64,000 bases of DNA from Acidobacteriota bacterium (GTDB lineage Bacteria; Acidobacteriota; Terriglobia; Versatilivoradales; Versatilivoraceae): NCBI GenBank assembly GCA_022821775.1, contig JAJECY010000107.1, positions 861 through 64,860 of the forward strand. The letters are read 5' to 3'. Within the stretch, counting starts at the first letter, position 1, and every line of letters starts with the position of its first letter. Below, piece after piece: positions 48,061-57,807 of this stretch. Below the pieces are notes generated by a model that saw only the letters and a program-made list of their open reading frames with translations, had not been told where the DNA came from and ran no database searches. Position numbers and translations under genes: made by a program.

Positions 48061-48328
48061 CGGCCAGCAATGTTTCGAGGCCGGATTCCGTCAAGCCATT
48101 GGCGGACGCTTGTTGGCCCAAGGCATCCATCGTTGCCGTCAGACGCTCCCAAGCAGCTCCACGAAGGCGTTCATAGTGCTGCATCGACATCATCACGCCA
48201 ACCGCTCTACCTTTCTTGGTCACACGCACGGGCCCGCTCTGGGCGGCGTCGAGCAATGAGCCGAAGCGGTTCTTGGCGTCTCTGGCAGCAATTTCTCTCA
48301 TTAGGGCCATTATAGTTAAAGTAGCCAT
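48050..48328 (-). CDS. Phd/YefM-family type II antitoxin
   Basis: About 92 aa. ISATEAKNRF-like motif (REIAARDAKNRFGSLLDAAQSGPVRVTKKGRAVGVMMSMQHYERL). AT-rich upstream leader. The ORF-track start at 48412 is an extension. Confidence 0.75.
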   Translation of the reverse strand: MATLTIMALMREIAARDAKNRFGSLLDAAQSGPVRVTKKGRAVGVMMSMQHYERLRGAAWERLTATMDALGQQASANGLTESGLETLLADES

Positions 48329-48424
48329 TTCATAACATAGGCACCCCTTGAACAACCCGTCTACCCTGTGCCACCGCGAACAAGATGATTCCTTCAACCT
48401 ACTCGAAGCCACTTCCGCCCGCCG

Positions 48425-48462
48425 GCGCTGGTGACGATTCTCAACAGGACAAGCGCACCCAC
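48425..48462 (+). repeat. right copy of the 38-bp direct repeat
   Basis: Encodes, on the minus strand, the last residues (...VRLSC*) and stop of the BNR gene. Confidence 0.6.
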
Positions 48463-49565
48463 TTCACGTCCATCCGTTCCGTGAGCCCTGCGTAATAGAC
48501 GACCAGCACCTCCCCGTTGGACAGGACGGTGGCGTAGGGCAGGCCGTAGCTCCAGTCGCTCATGACGTCCAGGGTTTCGGCCATGTTCACGCCGGCGGAG
48601 GGGCGGCCTCGCAGGACGGCGGCGTGGTCGTAGAGGACGATCTCGGTTTCGGCCGGGAAAGCGGCGTCAATGGCGGGGGCCAGGCGGGCCCGGATGGATT
48701 GGGTGCCGAACCGGTCCACCCAGGCCAGCACCGTTCTGCCGTCGGGCAGGATGGCGGGGGTGGCCGCCTGGTCGGGAAAGCCCAGGTCCTCGGGGTCGGT
48801 CCAGCTTTGCCCCTCGTCCCGGCTGATGCGCCGCCGGATGTTGAGGTAGGTTCCCTCCCTGCTGTCGAAATACCAGGTGAAGGTGACGATACGCCCGTCG
48901 GGGGCCACTCCCGCCCGCTGGTCCCAGTTGAACATCCTGCCGGTCGGGTCCTGGCTCACCGTGTGGGGGGTGCTCCAGGACCTGCCTTCATCTTCCGAAT
49001 AGAGATAGACCACCCGCTGATACCACTTGGAAGCGTCCAGGTAGGGCTTGTTGGTCTCCACGCTCAATGCCAGCCGGCCGCCGGCCAGCTCCATCAGGGG
49101 GCTGGTCACGCTGGGCGGCCCCAGCTCGGCCGGGGTGGGGATGACCCGCCAGGGGCTCCAGCTCCGGCCCCCGTCGTCCGACTCCGACCAGAGCACCGTC
49201 ATGGGCAGACAGCCTTCGGTTTCGGCATGAAAGATCTTGGAGCCGGGGAAGGATTCCCGGTCCACCCACATGGAAATCAGCACCAGGCGTCCGGACGAGA
49301 GCTGGGTGGGGTAGGCTACCCACAGCGAGCCCTTCTTTCCCCCGATCCGGGGAGTCTCCAGAATCGTCGGTTCCGTCCAGCTCCGCCCCTGGTCTTCCGA
49401 CCAGCAGAGCTCCAGGGTGGCCCGGTCCGAGTCCTTGTTGGGACCCGCCTTGTAGGTGGCCAGCACCCGTCCGTCCTTCAGTCCCAACACCATGGGAAAG
49501 GTCGCGACGGCCCGGTCGCTTCCCACCTCCCCCTGGTGCAGGGTACCACTGGCGACGATCTTCAT
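48441..49565 (-). CDS. BNR/Asp-box repeat protein (sialidase/glycosyl-hydrolase-like beta-propeller)
   Basis: GGAGG Shine-Dalgarno 6 nt before ATG (MKIVASG...). Four Asp-boxes: SEDQGRSW, SDDGGRSW, SEDEGRSW, SRDEGQSW. Start may be off by 1 nt. Confidence 0.8.
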   Translation of the reverse strand: MKIVASGTLHQGEVGSDRAVATFPMVLGLKDGRVLATYKAGPNKDSDRATLELCWSEDQGRSWTEPTILETPRIGGKKGSLWVAYPTQLSSGRLVLISMWVDRESFPGSKIFHAETEGCLPMTVLWSESDDGGRSWSPWRVIPTPAELGPPSVTSPLMELAGGRLALSVETNKPYLDASKWYQRVVYLYSEDEGRSWSTPHTVSQDPTGRMFNWDQRAGVAPDGRIVTFTWYFDSREGTYLNIRRRISRDEGQSWTDPEDLGFPDQAATPAILPDGRTVLAWVDRFGTQSIRARLAPAIDAAFPAETEIVLYDHAAVLRGRPSAGVNMAETLDVMSDWSYGLPYATVLSNGEVLVVYYAGLTERMDVKWVRLSC

Positions 49566-49736
49566 GGCGTTCCTCCGGCGGTTTCCAGTACTCACAGTCA
49601 ATCACAAGGCTGCTAGTGTCTCAGCAAGACCCTGAAGACGCAATAGCAATCCTGAGCGGCACAATAACGTGGTGGGGAGGTGATCAATTCCCCGAAAGAG
49701 CGTCCACTTTGAGAGTGAGCTCTCAGGAAATGAGGG

Positions 49737-51059
49737 CTATCCGATCAAACTCGTCAAACGGTCACTCCAAGCGACGTGCTTCCGGTTGCTACTGCGCCTG
49801 CGGCCGGAGGAATTGGAACGACGGCCACGATTGGGCGACTCTCCTCCGGGCCGCCTGCCACGCGCGTTGTGACCATAGGACTGGCGTGGGCGCGGGGACC
49901 GCTCGGCGGCGTCGGGCTCAAAGCCGGCCACCTTCCGGCGCGGGATGGGTGCGCCGATCATGCGTTCGGTGGCCTGAACCCAGCCGTGATCGATACCGGT
50001 GACGAAGGTGCAAGCGATACCCTCGCGTTCCGCTCGGCCCGTGCGTCCGAGGCGGTGGGTGTAGCCTTCCGGAGTGCTCGGCACATCGAAGTTGATCACA
50101 TGGGAAACACCGCTCACGTCTATGCCTCGAGCCACGATGTCGGTGGCTACGAGGATATTGAAGCGGCGGGTGCGGAACCCCCACATGGCGTGATCGCGCT
50201 GGGACTGGGACATGGATCCCTGAAGACCTACGGCTCGGTGTCCATCCCGGCTCAACTGATCCGCCAATCGCCGGGCCCGGTGCTTCGTTCGAGTGAAGAC
50301 AATGGCCGAGTCGCAATCGTCTCCGGTGAGCAGGTGTTCAAGCAGGACCCTCTTATGCCCCTCCCCGACCATGTACAGTCCGTGATCGACGGTGGCGACC
50401 GGGGCCGTGCCGGCCAGTTCGACCACGTGGGGATTCCTCAACAAATCGTCCGCCAGTCGACGAATCTCTCTCGGCATGGTGGCCGAAAACAGCAGGTTCT
50501 GGCGCCGCTCGGGCATCGCGGCGAGAATCTTGCGAATGTCGGGCAAGAAACCCATGTCGAACATGTGGTCGGCCTCGTCGAGGACCAGCGTTTCCACGTG
50601 GCCGAGGCGGAGCACTTGCTGCCCGAGCAGGTCGAGCACGCGTCCCGGACAGCCCACAATGATTTCCGGGTGCCGGCGTAGCGAGTTGATCTGGTTGCGC
50701 GTCGAAACGCCACCATAGACCGTGATGGTCTTCAGGCGTGTGAACTTGGACAGGGTGCGGATCTCAGCCGCGATCTGAGTGGCGAGTTCCCGCGTGGGAG
50801 CGAGCACCAGGGCTCGAGGCTCCGTGCGGCGCGCCTCGAGAAGCCGGTCGAGCAGGGGCAGCGCAAAGGCCGCCGTCTTGCCGGTGCCGGTCTGAGCCAG
50901 GCCCAGCACGTCGCGGCCGGCGCGACCCGCGGGAATGGTCTCCTGTTGGATCGGCCGGGGATTCTCGAAACCGATGCCGCGAATGCCGCGAACCAGGGAC
51001 TCGTGGAGTTCGAACCGGTCGAAACCGGTCGACGCAGTAGATGTGGAACTGGATATCAA
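49737..51059 (-). CDS. DEAD-box ATP-dependent RNA helicase with RG-rich C-terminal tail
   Basis: Q-motif (GFENPRPIQ), Walker [13 protein letters not shown] (LDEADHMF), [12 protein letters not shown] motifs. Probable TTG start with GGAGAA Shine-Dalgarno. The ORF-track start at 51224 is an extension. Confidence 0.85.
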   Translation of the reverse strand: MISSSTSTASTGFDRFELHESLVRGIRGIGFENPRPIQQETIPAGRAGRDVLGLAQTGTGKTAAFALPLLDRLLEARRTEPRALVLAPTRELATQIAAEIRTLSKFTRLKTITVYGGVSTRNQINSLRRHPEIIVGCPGRVLDLLGQQVLRLGHVETLVLDEADHMFDMGFLPDIRKILAAMPERRQNLLFSATMPREIRRLADDLLRNPHVVELAGTAPVATVDHGLYMVGEGHKRVLLEHLLTGDDCDSAIVFTRTKHRARRLADQLSRDGHRAVGLQGSMSQSQRDHAMWGFRTRRFNILVATDIVARGIDVSGVSHVINFDVPSTPEGYTHRLGRTGRAEREGIACTFVTGIDHGWVQATERMIGAPIPRRKVAGFEPDAAERSPRPRQSYGHNARGRRPGGESPNRGRRSNSSGRRRSSNRKHVAWSDRLTSLIG

Positions 51060-51404
51060 TATTTTTTCTCCGCCGTACGCGCACAGGCGGATCCTGTACG
51101 GCAGGGCCGTAGTTTCCGACCCGGACAACAGTGAAGGGTAAGAGGGATTCGTTGAAGGCGAGACCTTGGAAGGATTACTAACAGAGGTCCTGTTGATCGC
51201 CGCTTTCGGGCTGAGCCCGATCAAGGGACGAATAGTTTAGCTGGTATCGACAACAATTGCCACCCGGACACCCGCTTGGAGCAGCGGCAAGAGCTGAATG
51301 GTGGGACTGGGATCACCCTGCTTTTCCCGAAGTACGCGATGTCTTGAGTCGATTGCGACCGAAACGCCACGGGCGTGAAGGTGAAATTCGGACCCATCCC
51401 GGGG

Positions 51405-51490
51405 AACCGTGCCGACGGCCCGGTTGCTTCCCACCTCCCCCCGGAATGGATTCTCAGGGCGTTCCTCCGGCGGGTTTCAGCATGGTCTCG
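51405..51490 (-). pseudogene. degenerate relic of the 5' end and RBS region of the BNR gene (start codon lost)
   Basis: GACGGCCCGGTTGCTTCCCACCTCCCC ... GGCGTTCCTCCGGCGGGTTTCAG matches 49500-49600 (25/26 and 22/24 over the two blocks) with an internal deletion. Translated relic VGSNRAVGTVP versus VGSDRAVATFP. Confidence 0.45.
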
Positions 51491-51644
51491 TACTGCTCTT
51501 GAATCCTCTCATCGAAGAATGCCCGGCCTGAAAAATTTGGTTGCAATCCCGTAGAGAGTCATTGTAAGTTTTAGTCACTCCCTCCGAGCAACATTCTACA
51601 GTTTCCAAATCAAATCTTGCCGAAAGAGAACGGCGGAGGTTCTT

Positions 51645-51971
51645 ATGCCGACTGTCTCCGGTGTTTGCCGAATTGTGTCCAATTGCGCCCCTTTTCGCCG
51701 GGGGCTCCCGACTCTACTGCTACTGCTTCAGGAAAGTGTCCTGCTGGCTCAAGGGACCGGAACAAGCCCGTGGGTCATGGCTGTCGACGAGCTGGCAAAA
51801 ACATTCACGGGGCCATTGGCGAAGGGACTGTCACTCGTCGCCATTGTGGTTGGCGGTTTGATGTTCGCTTACGGTGAAGGCGGATCCAAGAGAGCCTTGG
51901 CCGGCACCATTTTCGGGCTGGGCATGGCTCTGGGGGCTGCCAATTTCATGAAGTGGCTGTTTGGGGTGTGA
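51645..51971 (+). CDS. virB2: type IV secretion pilin, VirB2/TrbC family
   Basis: GGAGG Shine-Dalgarno 7 nt upstream. About 108 aa. Signal peptide plus two hydrophobic segments (LSLVAIVVGGLMFAYGEGGS...FGLGMALGAANF) typical of TrbC/VirB2. Confidence 0.7.
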   Translation: MPTVSGVCRIVSNCAPFRRGLPTLLLLLQESVLLAQGTGTSPWVMAVDELAKTFTGPLAKGLSLVAIVVGGLMFAYGEGGSKRALAGTIFGLGMALGAANFMKWLFGV

Positions 51972-51978
51972 CCGCGAA

Positions 51979-52272
51979 ATGACAGGAAAACGCCGATGGA
52001 ACGGCTATCCCGTATTGAGCCGGCCGCTGATGATTCTGGGCGTGGAACGGCGCTGGTTTCTCTTGAGCGCGACACTGGCAGTGTCGCTTTGGAATGCCGG
52101 CGACTCCCTGCTGGCAGCGATCCTTGTCCTGGCATTGCTGCTTGCCACCGGCCGGCTGGCTTGGAAACAGGATCCCAACATGCTGAGCCTGTTGCGGGAA
52201 GCCGCCCGATCCAAAGTGCGGTACGACCCCGGCAAATGGACGGAAACACCCTGGTATCTGGATCTCCGGTAG
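51979..52272 (+). CDS. virB3: type IV secretion protein VirB3/TrbD family
   Basis: About 97 aa. LSRPLMILGVERRWF VirB3 signature plus two TM segments. ATG 8 nt after the virB2 stop. Confidence 0.65.
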   Translation: MTGKRRWNGYPVLSRPLMILGVERRWFLLSATLAVSLWNAGDSLLAAILVLALLLATGRLAWKQDPNMLSLLREAARSKVRYDPGKWTETPWYLDLR

Positions 52273-52282
52273 GTCACCTCGG

Positions 52283-54703
52283 ATGAACATGAATTCCGAA
52301 GCCCGGGAGTACGGCGGATCGGGAGCCCTTGCCGAAGAAATTCCCTATTGGGGTTGGCTTCCGGACGGGCAGACCTGTCTCACTCGGGCGGGTGAGCTCC
52401 TGACCGCCGGCCGGCTGGCGCCTATGGGGATCGATGGACGGCGGCCCGAACAGTTGGATCGAGTGCTGGATCGGTGGCAGCGGTTGCTGTCCGACATCGG
52501 TCCTCGCACCCGGCTTTACTTCTATCTCCTTCGCCGGCCCAGCCGGTTGAATGAAGTCCGTCAGTATGGCGGCGACGTCGGCAAGCTTTCCCAGCATCAG
52601 AGGCGCCTGTTCCTGGCAAGTCGGATTCGGGAGATGCAGACCTTTCTGGTGTGGTGCCATGACCCACAGTTGAAGTCTGCCGTCAATCGGGATTCCGGCT
52701 GGATGTCCTACGCTCGCAGTTGGCTGGCTCGACGGGGCGGAACTCCTGAATCGGCGTACCTTTATACAGCCATTCAAACCGCAGCCGATCATTTTCGCCA
52801 GCTCGTGCAGGCCCATCGAGCCCTGGTGGACGATCTCACTCCCATCGAGGTGTTGACTCCCAAGGCTGGATCGCGCCTGTTGAGCGAGTTGATCAATCGT
52901 CCCGGCATTCCCTGGGATGGAGCCACCGGAAGCGGGCTCAATTGGCGCCTGGCCCTTTCCGAGCTGGAGGCGGAACGCCGCCATCTTCGCCTGGATGGCG
53001 AGCCGGTCATTCTCTACTCCCTGCTGTCCCCACCCGGCGAAGCCTCTGCGAATCTGCTCAACGATCTCTACTGCCTGGATGCCACTCTGACGGCGTCGCT
53101 GGAATGGAGGCCTCTTGAACCGGACCAGGCTCGGAAGAGAATTCGATCGGCTCGCCGACACTATTTCGCCAAGCGCTACTCCCTGGCGGCTCACATGCAG
53201 GAGAAGGAGGGAACGGATACGGCAATGGTGGACTCGGCTGCCGAGGTCGAGTCCGAGCGGCTCGGGGAAGCGCTGGTGGAGCTCGAAGCCGACGGGATTG
53301 CGTATGGTGAAATGGCGCTCTGTATCGCTTTGCATGGAGACCTGGAAGAGATCGAACGCCTGGACGGCGATGTGCGGCGTATCTTTTCCTCTCATGACGC
53401 CAAAGTCATCCGGGAGGGGTACGGACAGTTGCCCGCATGGTTCTGCCGTTGGCCGGCCCAGCCCAGGAAGCGTCAGGTTCGCACGCTGTTCGGCTCCGCC
53501 GGTCTGGCCGCCTGCCTGGCTCCCATCTTCGGTCCTCCGGTCGGATACTCGACCAGCAGGCACTTGCAACGTCCCGCATTGGCGGTCCTTGAGACCCGCT
53601 GGCAAACCCCCTTTCACTATGACCTCTTTGACGGCGATGTGGGGCACACGCTGGTACTCGGGGCGACCGGAAGCGGCAAATCGTTCCTGCTGAATTTTCT
53701 GCTGGTCTCGTCCCTCCAGTACCGTCCCAGGATCCTGATACTCGACCTGGGTGGGTCCTACCGTTGGCTGACCACCTTTCTGGGGGGAAGCTACCTGGAG
53801 ATGGCTCCGTCCGGCGCGCTCAATCCTTCCTTTCAGCTAAGGCCCTTCTCCTTGCCTCCTACTGAGCGAACCCATCAATTCCTCACGGGTTGGGTGGTTC
53901 GCCTGCTGCGACTGGGTGGGTGGACGGTGGAAGGGGACGACACCAACGAAATTCGCAGCCGCATTCAAGACCTCTACCTGTTCTCTCCCGAACGGCGCAC
54001 ACTGAGCACGCTGGTGCGAGCCCTTCCGAGCAGGATGTGGCCGGCAATGTCGCGCTGGCATGGCGATGGAGCCTGGGCAAGCTATTTCGACCACTCCGCC
54101 GCCGGGCCGGATCTCGATCTGAAAGACTGGCAGGTCATCGATCTGGCTGGGGCGGCGGAACATGACGACCTCTGTGAAGCCGCCCTGTTTTACTTGCTGG
54201 AGCGGCTGCGCCTGGAGTTGGAAGACCCCGCCGACCTGGCCCGGGTGAAGCTCATGGTAGTAGACGAGGCATGGCGCTATCTGCGGGATCCTGCCGTCGT
54301 GGCTTACCTGGCCGAATCTGCAAAGACCTGGCGCAAACGCAACGCCGCCCTCGTCATGGCCACCCAGTCGGCAGTGGATATCACCGGAACCGCCGGCGCC
54401 GAACCGCTCCTGGAGTCCATGCCGACCAAGATCTTTCTGGCCAACCCGGATTTGCCGTCTCAGGCCGGCCAGGTGTTTCGGCTCAATGAAGGGGAGCTTG
54501 AACTCATCAGGGAACTGGTTCCCAAGCGGGAGCTCTACCTGCGGCGTCCCAATTCGACCGGAGTACTGCGGCTGAACGTCGATGCCAAGAGCTATTGGCT
54601 CTATACCTCCTCGCCGCCCGATGCGGAAAGGCGGAGCGAATTCATCAAGCGATACGGGTTGGAGCAAGGCATTGAACTCTTATCCAAGGGGGTGGCGGGG
54701 TGA
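52283..54703 (+). CDS. virB4: type IV secretion ATPase VirB4/TrbE (CagE) family
   Basis: 806 aa. Walker A LVLGATGSGKSF. Walker B VVDEAW. Typical length and position after virB3. Confidence 0.9.
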   Translation: MNMNSEAREYGGSGALAEEIPYWGWLPDGQTCLTRAGELLTAGRLAPMGIDGRRPEQLDRVLDRWQRLLSDIGPRTRLYFYLLRRPSRLNEVRQYGGDVGKLSQHQRRLFLASRIREMQTFLVWCHDPQLKSAVNRDSGWMSYARSWLARRGGTPESAYLYTAIQTAADHFRQLVQAHRALVDDLTPIEVLTPKAGSRLLSELINRPGIPWDGATGSGLNWRLALSELEAERRHLRLDGEPVILYSLLSPPGEASANLLNDLYCLDATLTASLEWRPLEPDQARKRIRSARRHYFAKRYSLAAHMQEKEGTDTAMVDSAAEVESERLGEALVELEADGIAYGEMALCIALHGDLEEIERLDGDVRRIFSSHDAKVIREGYGQLPAWFCRWPAQPRKRQVRTLFGSAGLAACLAPIFGPPVGYSTSRHLQRPALAVLETRWQTPFHYDLFDGDVGHTLVLGATGSGKSFLLNFLLVSSLQYRPRILILDLGGSYRWLTTFLGGSYLEMAPSGALNPSFQLRPFSLPPTERTHQFLTGWVVRLLRLGGWTVEGDDTNEIRSRIQDLYLFSPERRTLSTLVRALPSRMWPAMSRWHGDGAWASYFDHSAAGPDLDLKDWQVIDLAGAAEHDDLCEAALFYLLERLRLELEDPADLARVKLMVVDEAWRYLRDPAVVAYLAESAKTWRKRNAALVMATQSAVDITGTAGAEPLLESMPTKIFLANPDLPSQAGQVFRLNEGELELIRELVPKRELYLRRPNSTGVLRLNVDAKSYWLYTSSPPDAERRSEFIKRYGLEQGIELLSKGVAG

Positions 54704-55557
54704 ACGCAACTCTACTCAGGGAAGGTCCGTTTTTCACCATCGTGTTCCTGGTTGTCTGCTGGACGTTGCTGTCAGGCAGCGCGACCGGAAGTGGCGTGCT
54801 TCGGATCAAGGAGAGGCAGGATCAAATTGTCGAGATCCGGGCCAAGGTACGACATACGACCGTGCTGGTTCTTCCGAAGACCGAGAATATCCTGGACTTC
54901 GTGGTTGGCGACTCCGACTACTGGCACCTTAGCGGGGCAGCCAACCTGGCATACCTCAAACCCATCGCCACGGGTGTGCGAACCAACGTGACGCTGGTAT
55001 GCGCCAGCGGTCGGATCTACACCTTTTTGGCGAATGAGGGTGCCGAGTCTCCGCACCTGGTGGTTCGAGTCGAACGAACCGGAGGTGGGGACGGACGCGC
55101 GGCCGAATCGGCGCACAGGCCGGCGTTCGTTTCCCGCAGCATGGTGGAGGGATACCAACACGCGGCTCGGCAAGCAAGCGAGGCCGCGCTGGCCGCCAAG
55201 AGCGATGCGGAAGCCCGGGTCAACGAGGCAAAGCAAGAGGCCTCCAAGACCATCGATCAATTCCGCTCCAACTATCCGGCTCGCTTGAAGTGGCCGTACC
55301 GTCTCGAGAAAAGGGCATTTGAACGACCGTTCCTGGTCGAAGCCCTCTGGCATGACGGTCAGTTTACCTATCTGCGATGTCGGGCGCAGGAAGCCCCGGC
55401 GCTATACGAGTTGAAGGATGGATCGCCCAGCCTGGTGTCCTTTGACCTCAGCCAGGATGGACTCTATGTGGTACGGCATGTCTTGGGCGATGGCTGGCTT
55501 GCCATAGGGAAGAATAGAGCCAAGTGGCGGTTTGTGGATGAAGGACCAAGACCCTAG
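54700..55557 (+). CDS. virB9: type IV secretion protein VirB9/TrbG (CagX) family
   Basis: GTGA overlap with the virB4 stop. Signal peptide. N-terminal ILDFVVGDSDYWHL...TNVTLVCASGRIYTF and C-terminal DGQFTYLRC...LYVVRHVL blocks match VirB9. Confidence 0.65.
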   Translation: MNATLLREGPFFTIVFLVVCWTLLSGSATGSGVLRIKERQDQIVEIRAKVRHTTVLVLPKTENILDFVVGDSDYWHLSGAANLAYLKPIATGVRTNVTLVCASGRIYTFLANEGAESPHLVVRVERTGGGDGRAAESAHRPAFVSRSMVEGYQHAARQASEAALAAKSDAEARVNEAKQEASKTIDQFRSNYPARLKWPYRLEKRAFERPFLVEALWHDGQFTYLRCRAQEAPALYELKDGSPSLVSFDLSQDGLYVVRHVLGDGWLAIGKNRAKWRFVDEGPRP

Positions 55558-56890
55558 ACCCATGATTCATTGGAAGCAAATGCACTCTAAACCGGCCGGA
55601 GCACTCCCCGGCAACCTGATGACCCGCATCGGCGTTGGGGCCATTGCCGTGCTTTGTGGGGCACTGATGCTCACCCATTCGTTCACCAAGACGAACAGGG
55701 ACGCCGCTGCAAGTTCCGATGCGAGCCCGCAACCTGCAAATCAGGGTGTTCAACGACACCTCAGTGCCCTCATTGACAGAGAAACCGAAAGGCAGGAGCA
55801 GAGGCTTGCCGCCCGAGCCGTGGACAGATTGCCGCGGCCAAGGCCAGCGTCAGCAATCTCCGATGAACTGAATCAGTCCGAATCGGTCCCGGTTCTCCGG
55901 GAAGCTGGGGTGACGCTTGTCGACTCGGATCCGGGACCGAGCGAGGACGAGCTCAAGCTGCGTGAGACACTGCGTCTGGAGGATATCGAGAGGCGAGCCA
56001 GGTCTCTTCGTTCCCGACCGTTGGCCCAAACCTACAGATCCGATCGGGGTTTGGCGGGGAACTCGTCCAAGCCGGAGCCTGGTTCGGCTGCATACCAGCC
56101 GGAAGCTTCAAGGGCTCCCTCTACCGCGGAATCGGAACTGCGGGATGTCGTGGCCGACCTCAATACCGCGCTGAACTCCTTCAGTTCCGATGGGAATGGG
56201 CAGCCCGGCGCCCTGAAGAGGCCTGCCCTTTCAGGTCCTTCCCTGGGAGTTTCCGAACAATCCTCCGCGGACCCGGCACGCCCTTCCAAACTGGTCCAGC
56301 CCTCGGACAAGCCGGGCTGGGAACGAATTTATCAGGGGTCCTTTCTGGAGGGCGTCCTGTTGACGCAACTCTCGGGAGACTTCCCCGGACCGGTGCTGGC
56401 CATGGTATCGGTGCCGTTCTACTCTCGAGATCGCCAGCGGGTCCTGGTACCGCGCGGAGCGCGGGCGGTCGGCACGGCGCGGGAGGTCGCTCACAGCGAC
56501 CAGCAACGGCTGGCCGTGACCTTCGACCGATTGTTTCTCCCCGACGGGCGATGGATTTCGCTTGAATTCCGGGGACTCAGCCAAGTGGGCGAGTCGGCTC
56601 TCAAGGACCGGGTCGACCGTCACTATGTTTCGATGTTTGCAGCCGCCGGAGCCGTAGGGGTGCTGTCGGGGCTTACCCTGCAGGGAATCAATCCCTACGG
56701 CGGGGGGATCCAGGGAATTCGAGCCGGGGCCGGCCAGGGGTTTGGCTTGGCCGCAACCCAGGTTCTGCAGCGCTTTCTCAATCGTCTACCCACCATTACC
56801 ATCCGGGCCGGGCATCGGTTGCGAATCTGGTTTACTTCCGATGCGCTTGTGCCTGCGCCAAGACCCAAGAAAGGAAGAGACCAGCCATGA
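55532..56890 (+). CDS. virB10: type IV secretion protein VirB10/TrbI family
   Basis: N-terminal cytoplasmic and TM segment, Pro/Ser-rich linker, conserved C-terminal beta-barrel domain (RIYQGSFLEGVLLTQL...VPFYSRD...DGRWISL...GLSGLT). Start could also be the ATG at 55562. Confidence 0.8.
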   Translation: MWMKDQDPRPMIHWKQMHSKPAGALPGNLMTRIGVGAIAVLCGALMLTHSFTKTNRDAAASSDASPQPANQGVQRHLSALIDRETERQEQRLAARAVDRLPRPRPASAISDELNQSESVPVLREAGVTLVDSDPGPSEDELKLRETLRLEDIERRARSLRSRPLAQTYRSDRGLAGNSSKPEPGSAAYQPEASRAPSTAESELRDVVADLNTALNSFSSDGNGQPGALKRPALSGPSLGVSEQSSADPARPSKLVQPSDKPGWERIYQGSFLEGVLLTQLSGDFPGPVLAMVSVPFYSRDRQRVLVPRGARAVGTAREVAHSDQQRLAVTFDRLFLPDGRWISLEFRGLSQVGESALKDRVDRHYVSMFAAAGAVGVLSGLTLQGINPYGGGIQGIRAGAGQGFGLAATQVLQRFLNRLPTITIRAGHRLRIWFTSDALVPAPRPKKGRDQP

Positions 56891-57795
56891 AAAGGAGAGT
56901 CGTATCCGTCGTGCTGCTCGTCAGCCTCTGCGCCGCACCCCTCTACGGCATCGACCCCATTGCAGCCGCCCAAAGAGCCCAGATGATCGTGAACCAGATT
57001 CTTCAAAGGCTGAACGAGAGAATGCAGATGGCCAATCAAGTCACCCAAATCAAGCAATTTACCGAACAGCTCACCAAGACGAGGGAACAGATTATCCACA
57101 TGAAGCAGGCTGCCTTGGGACAAATCGGAGCTCTTGAGGAGTCTTTCGCGGAGTTGGTCGCGGGGCCCACCGACTTGGTGGTCGAGGCTATGCAGTGGCA
57201 GACGGAATTTACAGGGTCGGCCAGAGAGTTGGTTGGCGCTGCCAAACGGCTGGCCTCCGGCCGACCACTTCGGGAAAGCTGGAGGAAAATACTGAATCAA
57301 TATCGAACCAACCGGGAAGACATTGTTGAGCTGTTGAGCCACCTGGATCCCCAGGTGGCGGCCCAGGTATCGGACCACTACCGTCAGGACCAGGATAGAG
57401 CTGACAATCGGCGTGTGACCACCTATCTGGTTGACGACTCGGCGACGGCCCTGATCGAAACTGCGGCGAGCGCGCAAGAGTCTCTCCAGAAACTGCGCTC
57501 CAACAGCAATGTCTCGGACACCGCCTTGGCTCAAGCCCAGGTGACGGGTTTGGCCACCCAGGGAGAACTCCTTTCCGCCATGGCTCAATTGATGGCCTTC
57601 GAGGCGGCACGGGGAGCCGCTCGAGACTACCAGGATGAACTCAAGCGGCGACAGCAATGGAAGCAGTGGGAGCGGCGTCAAGAGGCGGGGAGGCTGCTGT
57701 TCGAAAAGCAACAGGCGGTCATTGCCGCAAGCGCCGATGGACTGCGGGAAGGCCTGGTCTACCGGATTCCGTCCCACTTTGGCAATTCACATTAA
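56887..57795 (+). CDS. virB5: VirB5/TrbJ-like secreted coiled-coil protein
   Basis: ATGA overlap with virB10. Signal peptide plus long alpha-helical heptad region. Size and position fit TrbJ/VirB5. Confidence 0.5.
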   Translation: MKRRVVSVVLLVSLCAAPLYGIDPIAAAQRAQMIVNQILQRLNERMQMANQVTQIKQFTEQLTKTREQIIHMKQAALGQIGALEESFAELVAGPTDLVVEAMQWQTEFTGSARELVGAAKRLASGRPLRESWRKILNQYRTNREDIVELLSHLDPQVAAQVSDHYRQDQDRADNRRVTTYLVDDSATALIETAASAQESLQKLRSNSNVSDTALAQAQVTGLATQGELLSAMAQLMAFEAARGAARDYQDELKRRQQWKQWERRQEAGRLLFEKQQAVIAASADGLREGLVYRIPSHFGNSH

Positions 57796-57807
57796 GCCTC
57801 CGGTCCC

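Noticed and set aside
51237-51434. 65-aa minus-strand ORF as a real small gene
   Set aside because: Its only meaningful similarity is to the N-terminus of the BNR protein over ~11 residues. It then diverges and has no start context. Interpreted as a decayed gene fragment, not a functional CDS.
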